DNA from: Candidatus Latescibacterota bacterium
GTDB lineage: Bacteria; Latescibacterota; UBA2968; UBA8231
DNA length: 64,000 nt
Direction of reading: 5' to 3'
Assembly: GCA_965221775.1 (NCBI GenBank)
Contig: CBDCSU010000004.1
Span: 288,001 to 352,000 of the forward strand
Of the stretch, positions 47,691 through 57,154 are shown in pieces (position 1 is the first letter of the stretch; each line of letters begins with the position of its first letter). The translations under genes and the position numbers were made by a program. The notes under the pieces were generated by a model. That model saw only the letters and a program-made list of their open reading frames with translations, had not been told where the DNA came from and did not search any database.

Positions 47691-47972
47691 ATGCCTGTAA
47701 CCGTTCACGTGCCAACCCCTCTCCGCAAACTCACGGGAAACCAGGCCGAGGTTCAGATCGAGGCCGGTTCGGTGTCGGAACTGGTCGACAGCCTGGAGGC
47801 TTCCCATGCGGGAATCAAGGAGAAGCTGGTCGACGAGGCGGGGGAGATTCGCCGCTACGTCAATATCTACGTCAACGAGGAGGACGTCCGCTTCCTGGAC
47901 GGCAAGGAAACGACTCTGGCGGACGGGGACAGTGTATCGATCGTGCCTGCCATCGCCGGCGGTCGAGTCTGA
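47691..47972 (+). CDS. MoaD/ThiS/CysO family ubiquitin-like sulfur carrier protein
   Basis: GGAGGAG/GGAG RBS; VPTPLRKLT, RRYVNIYVNEEDVRFL, VSIVPAIAGG-RV-stop. Confidence 0.93.
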   Translation: MPVTVHVPTPLRKLTGNQAEVQIEAGSVSELVDSLEASHAGIKEKLVDEAGEIRRYVNIYVNEEDVRFLDGKETTLADGDSVSIVPAIAGGRV

Positions 47973-47994
47973 TGGGAGCGAGGCTTGCTTTGGG

Positions 47995-48018
47995 TCCGAG
48001 GCCGCGGCTGGCCTCGGA
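47995..48018. terminator. Hairpin between convergent genes
   Basis: TCCGAGGCC-GCGGCT-GGCCTCGGA; no clear U-tract. Confidence 0.42.
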
Positions 48019-48064
48019 GCCGAACCCTGGCCATCCGGTCGACGCCGAGCGGAGAACCGCCGCG

Positions 48065-48319
48065 TCAGCCGAGGTTCTTGACGTGCCGGGTGAGGCGGGA
48101 CTTGTGGCGGGCGCCCGTATTGGCCTGCAACACCCCCTTGCGGACGGTGCGGTCGATCACGGAAATGGCGGCAACCAGAGCCTCCTGCCCTGCCTGAGCA
48201 TCCGGTGCCTGACGCACTCGCTTGACGGCGGTACGCATCGCGGACAGGACGCTACGGTTCCGAACCCGTCGTTGACGGGACTTTCGCAGGCTCTTCTTCG
48301 CTGACTTGAGGGCCGGCAA
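48065..48319 (-). CDS. rpsT: 30S ribosomal protein S20
   Basis: GAGGAG then TTG; KSAKKSLRKSRQRRVRNR...IDRTVRKGVLQANTGARHKSRL. Confidence 0.93.
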   Translation of the reverse strand: MPALKSAKKSLRKSRQRRVRNRSVLSAMRTAVKRVRQAPDAQAGQEALVAAISVIDRTVRKGVLQANTGARHKSRLTRHVKNLG

Positions 48320-48423
48320 GGGGCTCTCCTCTCGGTTGTCGGCAGGCCCGACCTGGAGTCGGCGGCCCCGCCATCTACGGCCTGAAGCGCGGAAGGCACG
48401 TGGAAACACCTCCCGGGTTCTGC

Positions 48424-48453
48424 ACTACATCCCAGACAGGCCCAATCCGTCAA
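48424..48453 (-). promoter_or_regulatory. Possible sigma-70 promoter for rpsT
   Basis: TTGACG-18 nt-TGTAGT. Confidence 0.42.
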
Positions 48454-48608
48454 AGTTAGCGGGCGTCAGGGCTGCCGGCAACTCTGCTTCCGTGCGACTG
48501 GTCGGAGGGAGAGCCCCTGGCTATCATAGAGCCCGCGCTGCGGCGAGTTGCAGCCGCCGTGGGCGCCGCCGCCGACGACTCCCTCCTGCAGGAGACCAGG
48601 GAAATCCC

Positions 48609-49253
48609 GTGCCTGCTCCGACCCCCCTGAACGTTCCGTCCCCCCGTGGGTTCCGTGGACCCGGGCAGGTGGCCGCTGTGCTTCTCGCCGCCGGTCGTTC
48701 CCGCCGCATGGGGCGCCCCAAGCAGTTGCTGCCCATCGACGGCACCAGCATGATCGAGGCCGTCACCACCCGTGTCCGCCCCCACGTCGATCATCTGGTC
48801 GTGGTCATCGGTCACGCCGCCGAGCAAATCGCACCCCTGCTCCGCCCCCACGGGGTGAGGGTGGCGGTCAACGAGGAGGTCGACCGGGGCATGCTCGGTT
48901 CGGTGAAGTGCGGACTGAGAGCCGCCGGACCCCGGTGGCAAGGTTACCTGTTCTGTCTCGGCGATCAACCGGGGCTGACCGACTCCGTCTTGCAGGCCGT
49001 CCTCACCAGCGCAGCCTCTTCGGAGAAGGGGATCGTCATCCCCACCTTCTCCGGCCGGCGGGGGCACCCGGTGTACCTCTCCCGCCGGTACTACGACGAA
49101 ATCCTGGGGCTCGATGAAAGCTCGGGCCTCAACGCCGTGACCGGCTCCCGTCCGGCCGACACGCTCGAAGTGCCCGTAGCCGAGCCGGCCGTGCTGGAAG
49201 ACGTGGATACCCCGGCCGACTATGCCCGCATGCTGGGCGGCGGGGACTCCTGA
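48609..49253 (+). CDS. Molybdenum cofactor cytidylyltransferase-like nucleotidyltransferase (MocA/YgfJ)
   Basis: LLAAGRSRRMGRPKQLL, GMLGS, LGDQP, GHPV, DVDTPADY. Start uncertain (48609 or 48669). Confidence 0.86.
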   Translation: MPAPTPLNVPSPRGFRGPGQVAAVLLAAGRSRRMGRPKQLLPIDGTSMIEAVTTRVRPHVDHLVVVIGHAAEQIAPLLRPHGVRVAVNEEVDRGMLGSVKCGLRAAGPRWQGYLFCLGDQPGLTDSVLQAVLTSAASSEKGIVIPTFSGRRGHPVYLSRRYYDEILGLDESSGLNAVTGSRPADTLEVPVAEPAVLEDVDTPADYARMLGGGDS

Positions 49254-49257
49254 ATCG

Positions 49258-50319
49258 ATGGAAGACCCGATCCATACCCTGAACGGCCTGCTCTCCGAAG
49301 GCCAACCCGTGGCGCTCTCGTCGCTGATCGAGAGCAGCGGCTCCATCCCGATGAGCGAGCGGGCCAAGATGATCGTCGACGCCGGGGGACGCACCCATGG
49401 GACGATCGGCGGCGGCTGCCTCGAGGCCGAGATCTTCACCGTGGCGCGGGACGTCCTCGCCTCCGGCAGGCCGCAGGCGACGGACTACACCATGACCGAG
49501 AAGCAGGCCGGTGAGCACGGCCTCAATTGCGGCGGCACGGTCCGCATCTACACCGAGCGGATCGACCCGGAATCGGCAGAGCTCTTCGGCGAGGTGGCCG
49601 CCGCCAGAGGTGACCGGTCCCCATGCGTCCTCGTGACCGGTCTCGGCGAGCAGGGCCGGGCGCTCCTGCATCACGACGGCCGCAGGCGCGGGGATCTGGC
49701 CGCCGTCGGGGAGGAACGGCTCTCCTCCTGGGCTCGGAGCGCCCTGGAGCGCGAGCGTTCCAGTCTGCAGAACGCGGGGGCTCGGGAGTTCTTCGTCGAG
49801 CCTTTCACGCCGCCGCCGATTCTCTTCGTCTTCGGAGGGGGACACGTGGGCGGGCAGATCGGACGCCTGGCGAAGAACGTCGGCTTCCATGTCGTCATCG
49901 TCGACGACCGCCCGTACTTCGCCAACCACGAGCGCCATCCCGAGGTGGACGAATGCGTGGCCGGCGAGGTCGCGGCCGTGTTCTCCCGGCTGCCGGTGGA
50001 TGACCAGATCTACATCGTCGCCGCCACGCGCGGTCACCAGCACGACGAGATCGTGGTGGAGCACGCCATCTCCCGAAGGGCGCGCTACATCGGCATGCTC
50101 GGCAGCGAGCGCAAGAAGATGATCCTCTGGCAGCGGATCGAGGCCCGGGGCGGCAGCCGTGACCGGCTGGAGGAGGTCTACTCGCCCGTGGGCCTGGACA
50201 TCGGCGCGGACACGCCCGAGGAGATCGCCGTCAGCGTCGTGGCAGAGTTGATCCAGGTCCGCAGGAGCGACCGCCGCAAGCGGTGGAAGACCAAGCGGAC
50301 CGATGCCGTGACCGCCTGA
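49258..50319 (+). CDS. XdhC/CoxI family molybdoenzyme maturation factor
   Basis: GTIGGGCLE, GLNCGG, FGGGHV, DDR, TRGHQHD, YIGMLGS, PVGLDIGADTPEEIAVS. Confidence 0.92.
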   Translation: MEDPIHTLNGLLSEGQPVALSSLIESSGSIPMSERAKMIVDAGGRTHGTIGGGCLEAEIFTVARDVLASGRPQATDYTMTEKQAGEHGLNCGGTVRIYTERIDPESAELFGEVAAARGDRSPCVLVTGLGEQGRALLHHDGRRRGDLAAVGEERLSSWARSALERERSSLQNAGAREFFVEPFTPPPILFVFGGGHVGGQIGRLAKNVGFHVVIVDDRPYFANHERHPEVDECVAGEVAAVFSRLPVDDQIYIVAATRGHQHDEIVVEHAISRRARYIGMLGSERKKMILWQRIEARGGSRDRLEEVYSPVGLDIGADTPEEIAVSVVAELIQVRRSDRRKRWKTKRTDAVTA

Positions 50320-50321
50320 CC

Positions 50322-51386
50322 GTGTCCGAGGCTTCCCGCGCTGATCGGGGACAGTCGGAGCTTCGCTACGCCGCCGCCGCCTGCCAGGTCGATCAGCCCA
50401 ACCCGGTGGACCGCGCAGGCATCGCGGCCAACACCGCCCGCATGCTCGAGATGATCGACATGGCGGTGGAGGGCTACAGCCCCTTCTGGGACATTCGCCT
50501 CCTCGCCTTTCCCGAGTTCGCCCACGCCGCCCCCATCTATCCCACGGCCCGCGCCCTGCACCGGCAACTCGCCCTTCCGATCCCCAACGAGCACACCGAG
50601 CGTTACCTGGCCAAGGCGCAGGAGCTCGGGGTCTACATCCAGACCGGGTCCTTTCTCGAGGAGGACGACCGCTGGCCCGGCAAGGTCTTCAACACGACCT
50701 GCCTCGTGGGGCCCGAGGGTCTGCTGCTGAAGTACCGCAAGGTGAACCCCTGGCTCCCCTGGGAGGTGCACACGAGCCCCCACGATCTGGAGGGATACGA
50801 GGAGGAGCTCTTTCCGGTGGCCCGGACCCCGATCGGCAACATCGGGGTCGCCATCTGCTACGACTGGCTCTTTCCCGAGCCTCTCCGGCAGCTCACCGCC
50901 AACGGGGCCGAGGTCCTGATCCGCGTCTCCGCCTACATGGATCCATGGGGGGCCACCGCGCCCATGGACTGGTGGACCACGGTCAACCGCTGCCGGGCCC
51001 TGGAGAACACCGCTTTCGTGGTCGCCGCCAACCAGGGGGCTTCGCTCTCCCACTACCCTCCCTTCTCCTGGCCGGGGGGGAGCATGGTCGTCGACTACGA
51101 TGGCCGGATCCTGGCTCAGGCCGACCCGGGCCCGGGGGAGAAGATCGTCGTCGCTCCCATCGATGTCGGAACCCTCCGCCACGAGCGCAACCGGCGGCGG
51201 GGACACGACATGCTCGCCCAGCTGCGGACCGAGGCCTACCCGATCTATCGGGAGTCGGTCTATCCCCCCGGGCGGCGCAGCGCTTCGGGAAACCAGACCA
51301 CGGCGGCCAACGAAGAGGGCATCGAGCAGGCCAGGCGGCGCCTCTCCGATCTCGGAGCCCGGGCACCCGGAGACCCGGCGGAGTAG
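50322..51386 (+). CDS. Nitrilase-family carbon-nitrogen hydrolase
   Basis: Catalytic triad FPEF / YRK / ICYD; GAEV; GGSMVVD. Confidence 0.9.
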   Translation: MSEASRADRGQSELRYAAAACQVDQPNPVDRAGIAANTARMLEMIDMAVEGYSPFWDIRLLAFPEFAHAAPIYPTARALHRQLALPIPNEHTERYLAKAQELGVYIQTGSFLEEDDRWPGKVFNTTCLVGPEGLLLKYRKVNPWLPWEVHTSPHDLEGYEEELFPVARTPIGNIGVAICYDWLFPEPLRQLTANGAEVLIRVSAYMDPWGATAPMDWWTTVNRCRALENTAFVVAANQGASLSHYPPFSWPGGSMVVDYDGRILAQADPGPGEKIVVAPIDVGTLRHERNRRRGHDMLAQLRTEAYPIYRESVYPPGRRSASGNQTTAANEEGIEQARRRLSDLGARAPGDPAE

Positions 51387-51515
51387 GGGGGCGCCTCCCC
51401 GGGCATTGGCCGCGGCTCCGTATGCCTTGCCGGTTCCCCCCGGTCGCCGGAAGCCGGCGACGCCCGTGACGGCGAGACCGTCAGGCCGGGGATTCTCCAA
51501 GAAACCCTCGGCGCC

Positions 51516-52238
51516 GTGGTGAAGCGGTACTCCCGGAAGCAGGTCGCCCGTACCCTGGCCAAGTACGATCTCGACGAGGTGGAGGTCGTGCTCCGCCCGG
51601 ATCTCCGCCTGCGGATGCTGCAGGCCGCCGACGCCTATGCCCTCCTCGACGACCTGATCGACCGCGACGCCGGGGACTGGCGCTCGACGCGGTTCCCTTA
51701 CTGGGCCGAGACCTGGCCCTCGGCGGTGGGGCTCGCGCGCTGGTTCGCCGGGCCGGATGCACCGGCCGCCGACCTCGGCTGCGAGCTGGGTTGCGGTACC
51801 GGCCTCGTGGGCGTGTCCCTGGCGCGGATGGGGTGGCGGATTCGAGCCACCGACTACGTGGAGGACGCTCTCCTCTTCGCCACTCACAACGCGAGCCTGA
51901 ACGGCGCCGGCGCCCGGCACAGTGTCTCCTACCTGGACTGGCGCCACCCCGTGGGGGCTCCCTGGCCATGGCTGGTGGGCTCCGACCTGGCCTACGAGAA
52001 GGGCGTCCATCCCCAACTCGAACGGACGGTCCGCGCTCTGCTCGAACCCGGTGGACGACTGGTCCTCAGCGATCCCGGGCGTCCTGCGGCCCGGCCTTTC
52101 TTCTCAGCCCTGGAGTGCGCCGGGTTCCGGCACCGGGTCGAGTCGATGGAGGTGGACTGGAAGGGGGTGGCGCAGACGATCGACATCCACCTCTTCGTCC
52201 GGCCGCCGGAGGGGGGATCTCAGCCGCACAGAACCTGA
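51516..52238 (+). CDS. Class I SAM-dependent methyltransferase (family 16 / protein-lysine MTase-like)
   Basis: PYWAETWPSA, ELGCGTGL, ATDY, LDW, GSDLAYE, SDPGR. Confidence 0.85.
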   Translation: MVKRYSRKQVARTLAKYDLDEVEVVLRPDLRLRMLQAADAYALLDDLIDRDAGDWRSTRFPYWAETWPSAVGLARWFAGPDAPAADLGCELGCGTGLVGVSLARMGWRIRATDYVEDALLFATHNASLNGAGARHSVSYLDWRHPVGAPWPWLVGSDLAYEKGVHPQLERTVRALLEPGGRLVLSDPGRPAARPFFSALECAGFRHRVESMEVDWKGVAQTIDIHLFVRPPEGGSQPHRT

Positions 52239-53155
52239 AGGTGGGCGACCACCGAGGCGGCGGTCGCTTCCAGGTCATACCCCCCTTCGAGCAGACTCAC
52301 GAGACGGCCCTGGCACAGGTCCCGGGCCAGGGAGACGCACTCCTCCGTGAGCCCCGCGAAGCCCTCCCGGGTCATCCGCATCCCCCCAAGGGGGTCGGAG
52401 GCGTGGGCGTCGAATCCCGCCGACAGGAGCAGGAAGCCCGGCTCGAAGCGCTCCAGGGCCGGGCGCAGCCGCTCCCGGAAGATGCGCCGGTACTCACGGT
52501 CTCCGGCGCCGGCCGGCAGGGGCACGTTCAGCGTGGTTCCGGCCCCCGCGCCGGCCCCGGTCTCCTCGACATGGCCGGTGAAGGGGTAGTGATTCTGCTG
52601 ATGGACGCTGAAGTAGAGCACGGATCCGTCTTCGTAAAAGCTGTTCTGAGTGCCGTTGCCGTGATGCACGTCCCAGTCGACGATGGCGACACGGTCGACC
52701 CCGTGCCGGGCGCGGAGGTGGCGGGCGGCGACGCCGACGTGGTTGAAGAAGCAGAAGCCCATGGCCTGGTCCCGCTCCGCGTGGTGTCCGGGAGGCCGGT
52801 GCAGGCAGAAGGCGTTGGCGGCGGCGCCGGAGGCGACGGCATCGACCGCGGCGAGGCTCGCGCCGCTGGCCAGCAGGGCCGCATCGAAAGTCGAGGGACC
52901 GATGACGGTGTCGGGGGTGGTGGCGAGAAGGCGTCCGGAGCCGGAGACCCGACGGACGAACTCCACGTAGTCCGGGCTGTGATTTGCCATCACGGCCTCG
53001 ATCGGAGCCGGGTCCGGCCGAAAGCGGGTCAGCCCCCGCAGAGGGACCGTCTCCAGCTCCTCCAGGACCGCCTCCAGCCTTTCGCGACGCTCCGGATGGC
53101 CAACGCCCATCTCGTGGTCGAGACAGCCCTCGTGGGTGACCAGGAGGGTTGCCAC
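52220..53155 (-). CDS. Histone deacetylase family (AcuC/AphA-like) Zn hydrolase
   Basis: HPE, RPPGHHA, GFCFFN, DWDVHHGNGT, SAGFDAH..DPLG, LEGGY. Confidence 0.93.
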   Translation of the reverse strand: MATLLVTHEGCLDHEMGVGHPERRERLEAVLEELETVPLRGLTRFRPDPAPIEAVMANHSPDYVEFVRRVSGSGRLLATTPDTVIGPSTFDAALLASGASLAAVDAVASGAAANAFCLHRPPGHHAERDQAMGFCFFNHVGVAARHLRARHGVDRVAIVDWDVHHGNGTQNSFYEDGSVLYFSVHQQNHYPFTGHVEETGAGAGAGTTLNVPLPAGAGDREYRRIFRERLRPALERFEPGFLLLSAGFDAHASDPLGGMRMTREGFAGLTEECVSLARDLCQGRLVSLLEGGYDLEATAASVVAHLQVLCG

Positions 53156-53156
53156 T

Positions 53157-53630
53157 TCAACCGGCCCCGGCCAGGCGGATCGCCTCGGACCCGAGGACGC
53201 GGATGTCCTCGGCGATCTCCGGTCCCTGCAGATCGGCGGTGGTGCACCAGCGGAAGCGACCCGCCTCGCGCCGGTCGATGCGGGGCTCGGCGTCATCCGC
53301 GGTCCGGGCGACGTATATCAGATCGATGTGCTGGTGACCCGGCTCGATGTCCTCCAGGAGGATGCACCAGGGCGAGTGCAGGACCTGCACCGACCCAAGC
53401 ACCCCGGCGGAGCGGCCCGTGTCCACCAGCTCGACGGTGAGCCCGCACTCCTCGAGGACTTCACGGAGAGCCGCCGCCTCGGGCAACTCCCCGGAATCGA
53501 TGTGGCCTCCCGGCGGAAGCCAGGCACCCATCTTGTTGTGCCACAGCAAGAGGGTTCGCTCCCCCCGGACCACGAAGGTCGTGGCCGTGAAGTCTCTCGT
53601 GAGTTCGTCCGCAAGAGAAGAGAGTGGCAA
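53157..53630 (-). CDS. NUDIX hydrolase
   Basis: WLPPGGHIDSGELPEAAALREVLEECG (Nudix box), HQHIDL. The TTG start is tentative. Confidence 0.88.
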   Translation of the reverse strand: MPLSSLADELTRDFTATTFVVRGERTLLLWHNKMGAWLPPGGHIDSGELPEAAALREVLEECGLTVELVDTGRSAGVLGSVQVLHSPWCILLEDIEPGHQHIDLIYVARTADDAEPRIDRREAGRFRWCTTADLQGPEIAEDIRVLGSEAIRLAGAG

Positions 53631-53822
53631 GGGATTTCCGTTGGTGAGGGATGCGGTGCCGGAATCTATTGGAGGCGGGGGCGAGGGCAACCTCCGGGGG
53701 CGGCGGCCGGCAGCCACCCGCCCCCTCGGGAACTCGGCCGGCTTCCGAAGGGTGGGCGCCTCGCCTATTTTCCTCTGCAAGAGCATCCCTCGAGACGACA
53801 GCAAAGACGGGGACGGCAGCCC

Positions 53823-55058
53823 ATGGCAACGGAAGTGGTCATGCCCAAGCTGGGCCTGACGATGGAGCGAGGCATAATCGGCAGTTGGCTCAAAGGGGTC
53901 GGCGATCCAGTGGAACGCGGGGAGCCGCTCCTCGAGGTGGTCACCGACAAGGTGACGATGGAGGTCGAGGCGCAGGCCTCCGGCGTGCTGCGGCGTATCC
54001 TCGTGGCCGCCGGCGAGGAGGTGGAGGTAGCGACGCCGATCGGCTTGATCGCGTCCCCCGAGGAGGATCTCTCCGCTTTCGATGCCGCCCCGGAGCCCAC
54101 GGCGGCCGCACCCCGGCCCGACCCGCCCCCGGAGCCGCTGCCGGCGGCTGCCTCCGAGAGCCCCGCCCCCCCACCGGAACGGGCGGCCCCCGAGGGTGGT
54201 CGCGTTCCACTCGCCTCCGGGGATGGCGGACGCCCGCACCGCGCTTCTCCCAAGGCTCGTAGACTCGCTGCCGAGAGGGGGATCGACCTGACAGCGGTCA
54301 TCGGCAGCGGCCCCGGCGGGCGCGTCGTGAGCGCCGACGTCGAGGCCTGCCGTCCGGAGACGGCGGCGCCCTCTCCGGCCCCGCCGGGGGCGGAGTCGGT
54401 AGAGCTGACCCCGGCCCAGAGAGTCGCCGCCGAGCGTCTCACCGCCAGTTACCAGCAGGCCCCTCACATCTACCTGGAAATGCAGGTCTCCGCCCACTGG
54501 CTCGAGAGGTTGCGGCGCGGCTATCAGGCGGAGGGACGAAGGATCTCCTACAACGACCTGATCCTCAAGGCCGTCGCGACCGCCCTCGTCGAGCACCCGC
54601 GGCTCAACGCCCACTTCGTCGATGGACGCCTGCTGCAGCAGACCGGCGTCGATCTCGGGATCGCCACCGACACCGGGTCCGGCCTGCTGGTCCCGGTGCT
54701 GCGCGGGGCCCAGGACCTAGACATCGGCCAGGTCGCCGCCGAGACCCGGCGCCTCACCGAGGCCGCCCGCCAGGGCAAGATCGGCCTGGACGACCTGCAG
54801 GGCGGTGGTTTCACCGTCTCCAATCTGGGCATGTTCGGTCTCTCGCGGTTCACGGCCATCATCAACCCCCCCCAGGTGGCCATCCTGGCGGTGGGCGCCA
54901 TCGAGCCGCGGGTGGTCGCGGTGGAAGGGGAGGCCATGGCCGTTCGTCCGGCCATGAGCCTCACACTCTCGGCCGATCACCGAGCCGTGGACGGGGCCGC
55001 CGCCGCCCGCTTCCTGCAGCGCCTCCGCGAGCTCCTCGAGTCCCCCGGCTCGCCTTGA
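53823..55058 (+). CDS. Dihydrolipoamide acyltransferase (E2) of a 2-oxoacid/acetoin dehydrogenase complex
   Basis: MPKLG..M, lipoyl site TDKV, Pro/Ala linker, ASPKARRLA..GSGPGGRV, FTVSNLG, IINPPQ, DHRAVDG. Confidence 0.93.
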   Translation: MATEVVMPKLGLTMERGIIGSWLKGVGDPVERGEPLLEVVTDKVTMEVEAQASGVLRRILVAAGEEVEVATPIGLIASPEEDLSAFDAAPEPTAAAPRPDPPPEPLPAAASESPAPPPERAAPEGGRVPLASGDGGRPHRASPKARRLAAERGIDLTAVIGSGPGGRVVSADVEACRPETAAPSPAPPGAESVELTPAQRVAAERLTASYQQAPHIYLEMQVSAHWLERLRRGYQAEGRRISYNDLILKAVATALVEHPRLNAHFVDGRLLQQTGVDLGIATDTGSGLLVPVLRGAQDLDIGQVAAETRRLTEAARQGKIGLDDLQGGGFTVSNLGMFGLSRFTAIINPPQVAILAVGAIEPRVVAVEGEAMAVRPAMSLTLSADHRAVDGAAAARFLQRLRELLESPGSP

Positions 55059-55083
55059 CCCGGACAGGGGTGCCCGTTATCTT
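55055..55083 (+). promoter_or_regulatory. Sigma-70-type promoter for ftsH
   Basis: TTGACC-17 nt-TATCTT. Confidence 0.68.
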
Positions 55084-55153
55084 CGCCCTAAAGGCCATAA
55101 CTCATTCTTTTCCAATACGTTAGGCGCACCCTCCGCCTGCGGCCTCCGGACTG

Positions 55154-57112
55154 ATGCAACTCGATCGAAAGACCCAGCTGACCATCGCCTACGCGATTCT
55201 CGCCGTCCTCCTGCTTCTGGTCATGCAGTCCTACCTGGAGGGCCAGGTCGACACCGTGAAGTACAGCGAGTTCCGCCAGTGGCTCGTGGACGGCCGCATC
55301 GTGGAGTGTTCGGTCGGAAAGGACGAGATCAGCGGCATGTACCTCTCCGGCGTCGGAGACCAGGCCCGCGGATTCACCGTGACCAAGGTCGACGACCCCG
55401 ACCTGGTGAAGCTCCTGCAGGAGCATGTGCCCGACTATTCCGGCAAGCGCGAGTCGGCGCTGGTCAGTTCCCTCCTCGGGTGGGTCCTGCCGCTCATGTT
55501 CTTCGTCGCCATCTGGATGTTCATGGCCCGGCGCCTCGGGGGCGGCTCCGGCGGCCTCATGTCGATCGGGAAGAGCAAGGCCAAGGTCTACATGGAGAAG
55601 GGCACGGGGATCACCTTCGCCGATGTGGCCGGTATCGACGAGGCCAAGGAGGAGCTTCAGGAGGTCGTCGAGTTCCTCCGTACACCCGAGCGCTTCCAGG
55701 CCCTGGGCGGGAAGATCCCCCGGGGGGTGCTGCTCGTGGGATCTCCCGGGACCGGCAAGACCCTGCTGGCCAAGGCGGTGGCCGGCGAGGCCGGCGTGCC
55801 CTTCTTCTCCATCAGCGGCTCCGACTTCGTGGAGATGTTCGTCGGTGTCGGCGCCGCCCGGGTCCGGGACCTCTTCGAGCAGGCCACCAAGCACGCTCCT
55901 GCCATCATCTTCATCGACGAGCTCGACGCCCTCGGCAAGGCCCGCGGCGTCGGCTCCATGGGCGGCCACGACGAGCGCGAGCAAACCCTCAACCAGCTGC
56001 TCACCGAGCTCGACGGCTTCGACACGAATGCCGGCATCATCCTGATGGCGGCGACCAATCGGCCCGAGATCCTCGACCCCGCCCTGCTGCGCCCCGGGCG
56101 CTTCGACCGCACCGTCACCGTCGACCGCCCCGACGTGGGCGGCCGGGAGGCGGTCCTGCGGATCCACGCCCGGGAGGTGAAGCTGGCCGCGGATGTCGAT
56201 CTCCATCGGCTGGCGGTGCGCACGCCCGGGTTCGCGGGCGCCGACCTGGCCAACGTGATCAACGAGGCCGCCCTGCTGGCGGCGCGGCGCAACAAGGAAG
56301 CGATCACGATGGAGGAGTTGTCCGAGGCCGTGGAGCGGGCCGTGGCCGGGCTGGAGAGAAAGAGCCGCGTCCTCAACGAGAAGGAGCGCCGCATCGTCGC
56401 CTATCACGAGGCCGGCCACGCCATCGTCGGCGAGCTCGTGGACGAGGCGAATCCGGTGCAGAAGATCTCCATCATCCCGCGGGGAGTGGCGGCCCTCGGG
56501 TACACCCTCAACTCTCCGGCCGAGGACCGCTACCTGGCGACCAGGGACGAGCTGAAGGCCCAGATCTGCGGACTCCTGGGAGGGCGCGCGGCGGAGGAGA
56601 TCGTCTTCGGCGAGATATCCACTGGCGCATCCGGGGACCTGGCCCGGGCCACCCAGATCGCCGAGAGCATGGTCAAGGAGTACGGCATGAGCCGGACCCT
56701 CGGCCTGGCGGCGCACCGGGAGGAACGCCATCCGAACCAGGTCCTCGGCATGCCCGTCAACGACCGCAACTACAGCGAGGAGACGGCGCGCCGGATCGAC
56801 GAGGAGGTCACGGCGATCCTCGACGGCGGCTACGGGAGGGCCAAGGACATCCTGGAGGACCACCGGGAGACGCTCGAGCGCGTCGTGAAGGTGCTCTTCG
56901 AGCGGGAGACCATGGAGGGGACCGAGCTCCGGAAGATGCTCGGAAAACCGGAGGTCGGGGAAGGGAAGGCGGAACAGGACCCGGCCCCGGCCGCCGGGAA
57001 CGACGCCGGCGACACAGCGTCCATCAGCGGGGCGCCGCTGCCCGCGCCTTCACGGGCCCCGGCCACCGAGGGCCCTCCGCCAGGCCCGGTCTCGCCGGAA
57101 GGCGGAGCCTGA
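55154..57112 (+). CDS. ftsH: ATP-dependent zinc metalloprotease FtsH
   Basis: Two TM helices, [46 protein letters not shown]. Confidence 0.97.
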   Translation: MQLDRKTQLTIAYAILAVLLLLVMQSYLEGQVDTVKYSEFRQWLVDGRIVECSVGKDEISGMYLSGVGDQARGFTVTKVDDPDLVKLLQEHVPDYSGKRESALVSSLLGWVLPLMFFVAIWMFMARRLGGGSGGLMSIGKSKAKVYMEKGTGITFADVAGIDEAKEELQEVVEFLRTPERFQALGGKIPRGVLLVGSPGTGKTLLAKAVAGEAGVPFFSISGSDFVEMFVGVGAARVRDLFEQATKHAPAIIFIDELDALGKARGVGSMGGHDEREQTLNQLLTELDGFDTNAGIILMAATNRPEILDPALLRPGRFDRTVTVDRPDVGGREAVLRIHAREVKLAADVDLHRLAVRTPGFAGADLANVINEAALLAARRNKEAITMEELSEAVERAVAGLERKSRVLNEKERRIVAYHEAGHAIVGELVDEANPVQKISIIPRGVAALGYTLNSPAEDRYLATRDELKAQICGLLGGRAAEEIVFGEISTGASGDLARATQIAESMVKEYGMSRTLGLAAHREERHPNQVLGMPVNDRNYSEETARRIDEEVTAILDGGYGRAKDILEDHRETLERVVKVLFERETMEGTELRKMLGKPEVGEGKAEQDPAPAAGNDAGDTASISGAPLPAPSRAPATEGPPPGPVSPEGGA

Positions 57113-57117
57113 GCCCT

Positions 57118-57145
57118 CGCTGTCGGGCGGTCTCCGCCGACAGCG
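57118..57145. terminator. Hairpin between convergent ftsH and RidA-family genes
   Basis: CGCTGTCGG-GCGG-TCT-CCG-CCGACAGCG; no U-tract. Confidence 0.48.
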
Positions 57146-57154
57146 GACAGCGCC

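Noticed and set aside
54080-54200. Pro/Ala-rich low-complexity stretch in E2 (and the ftsH C-terminal tail)
   Set aside because: Ordinary flexible linkers for these families.
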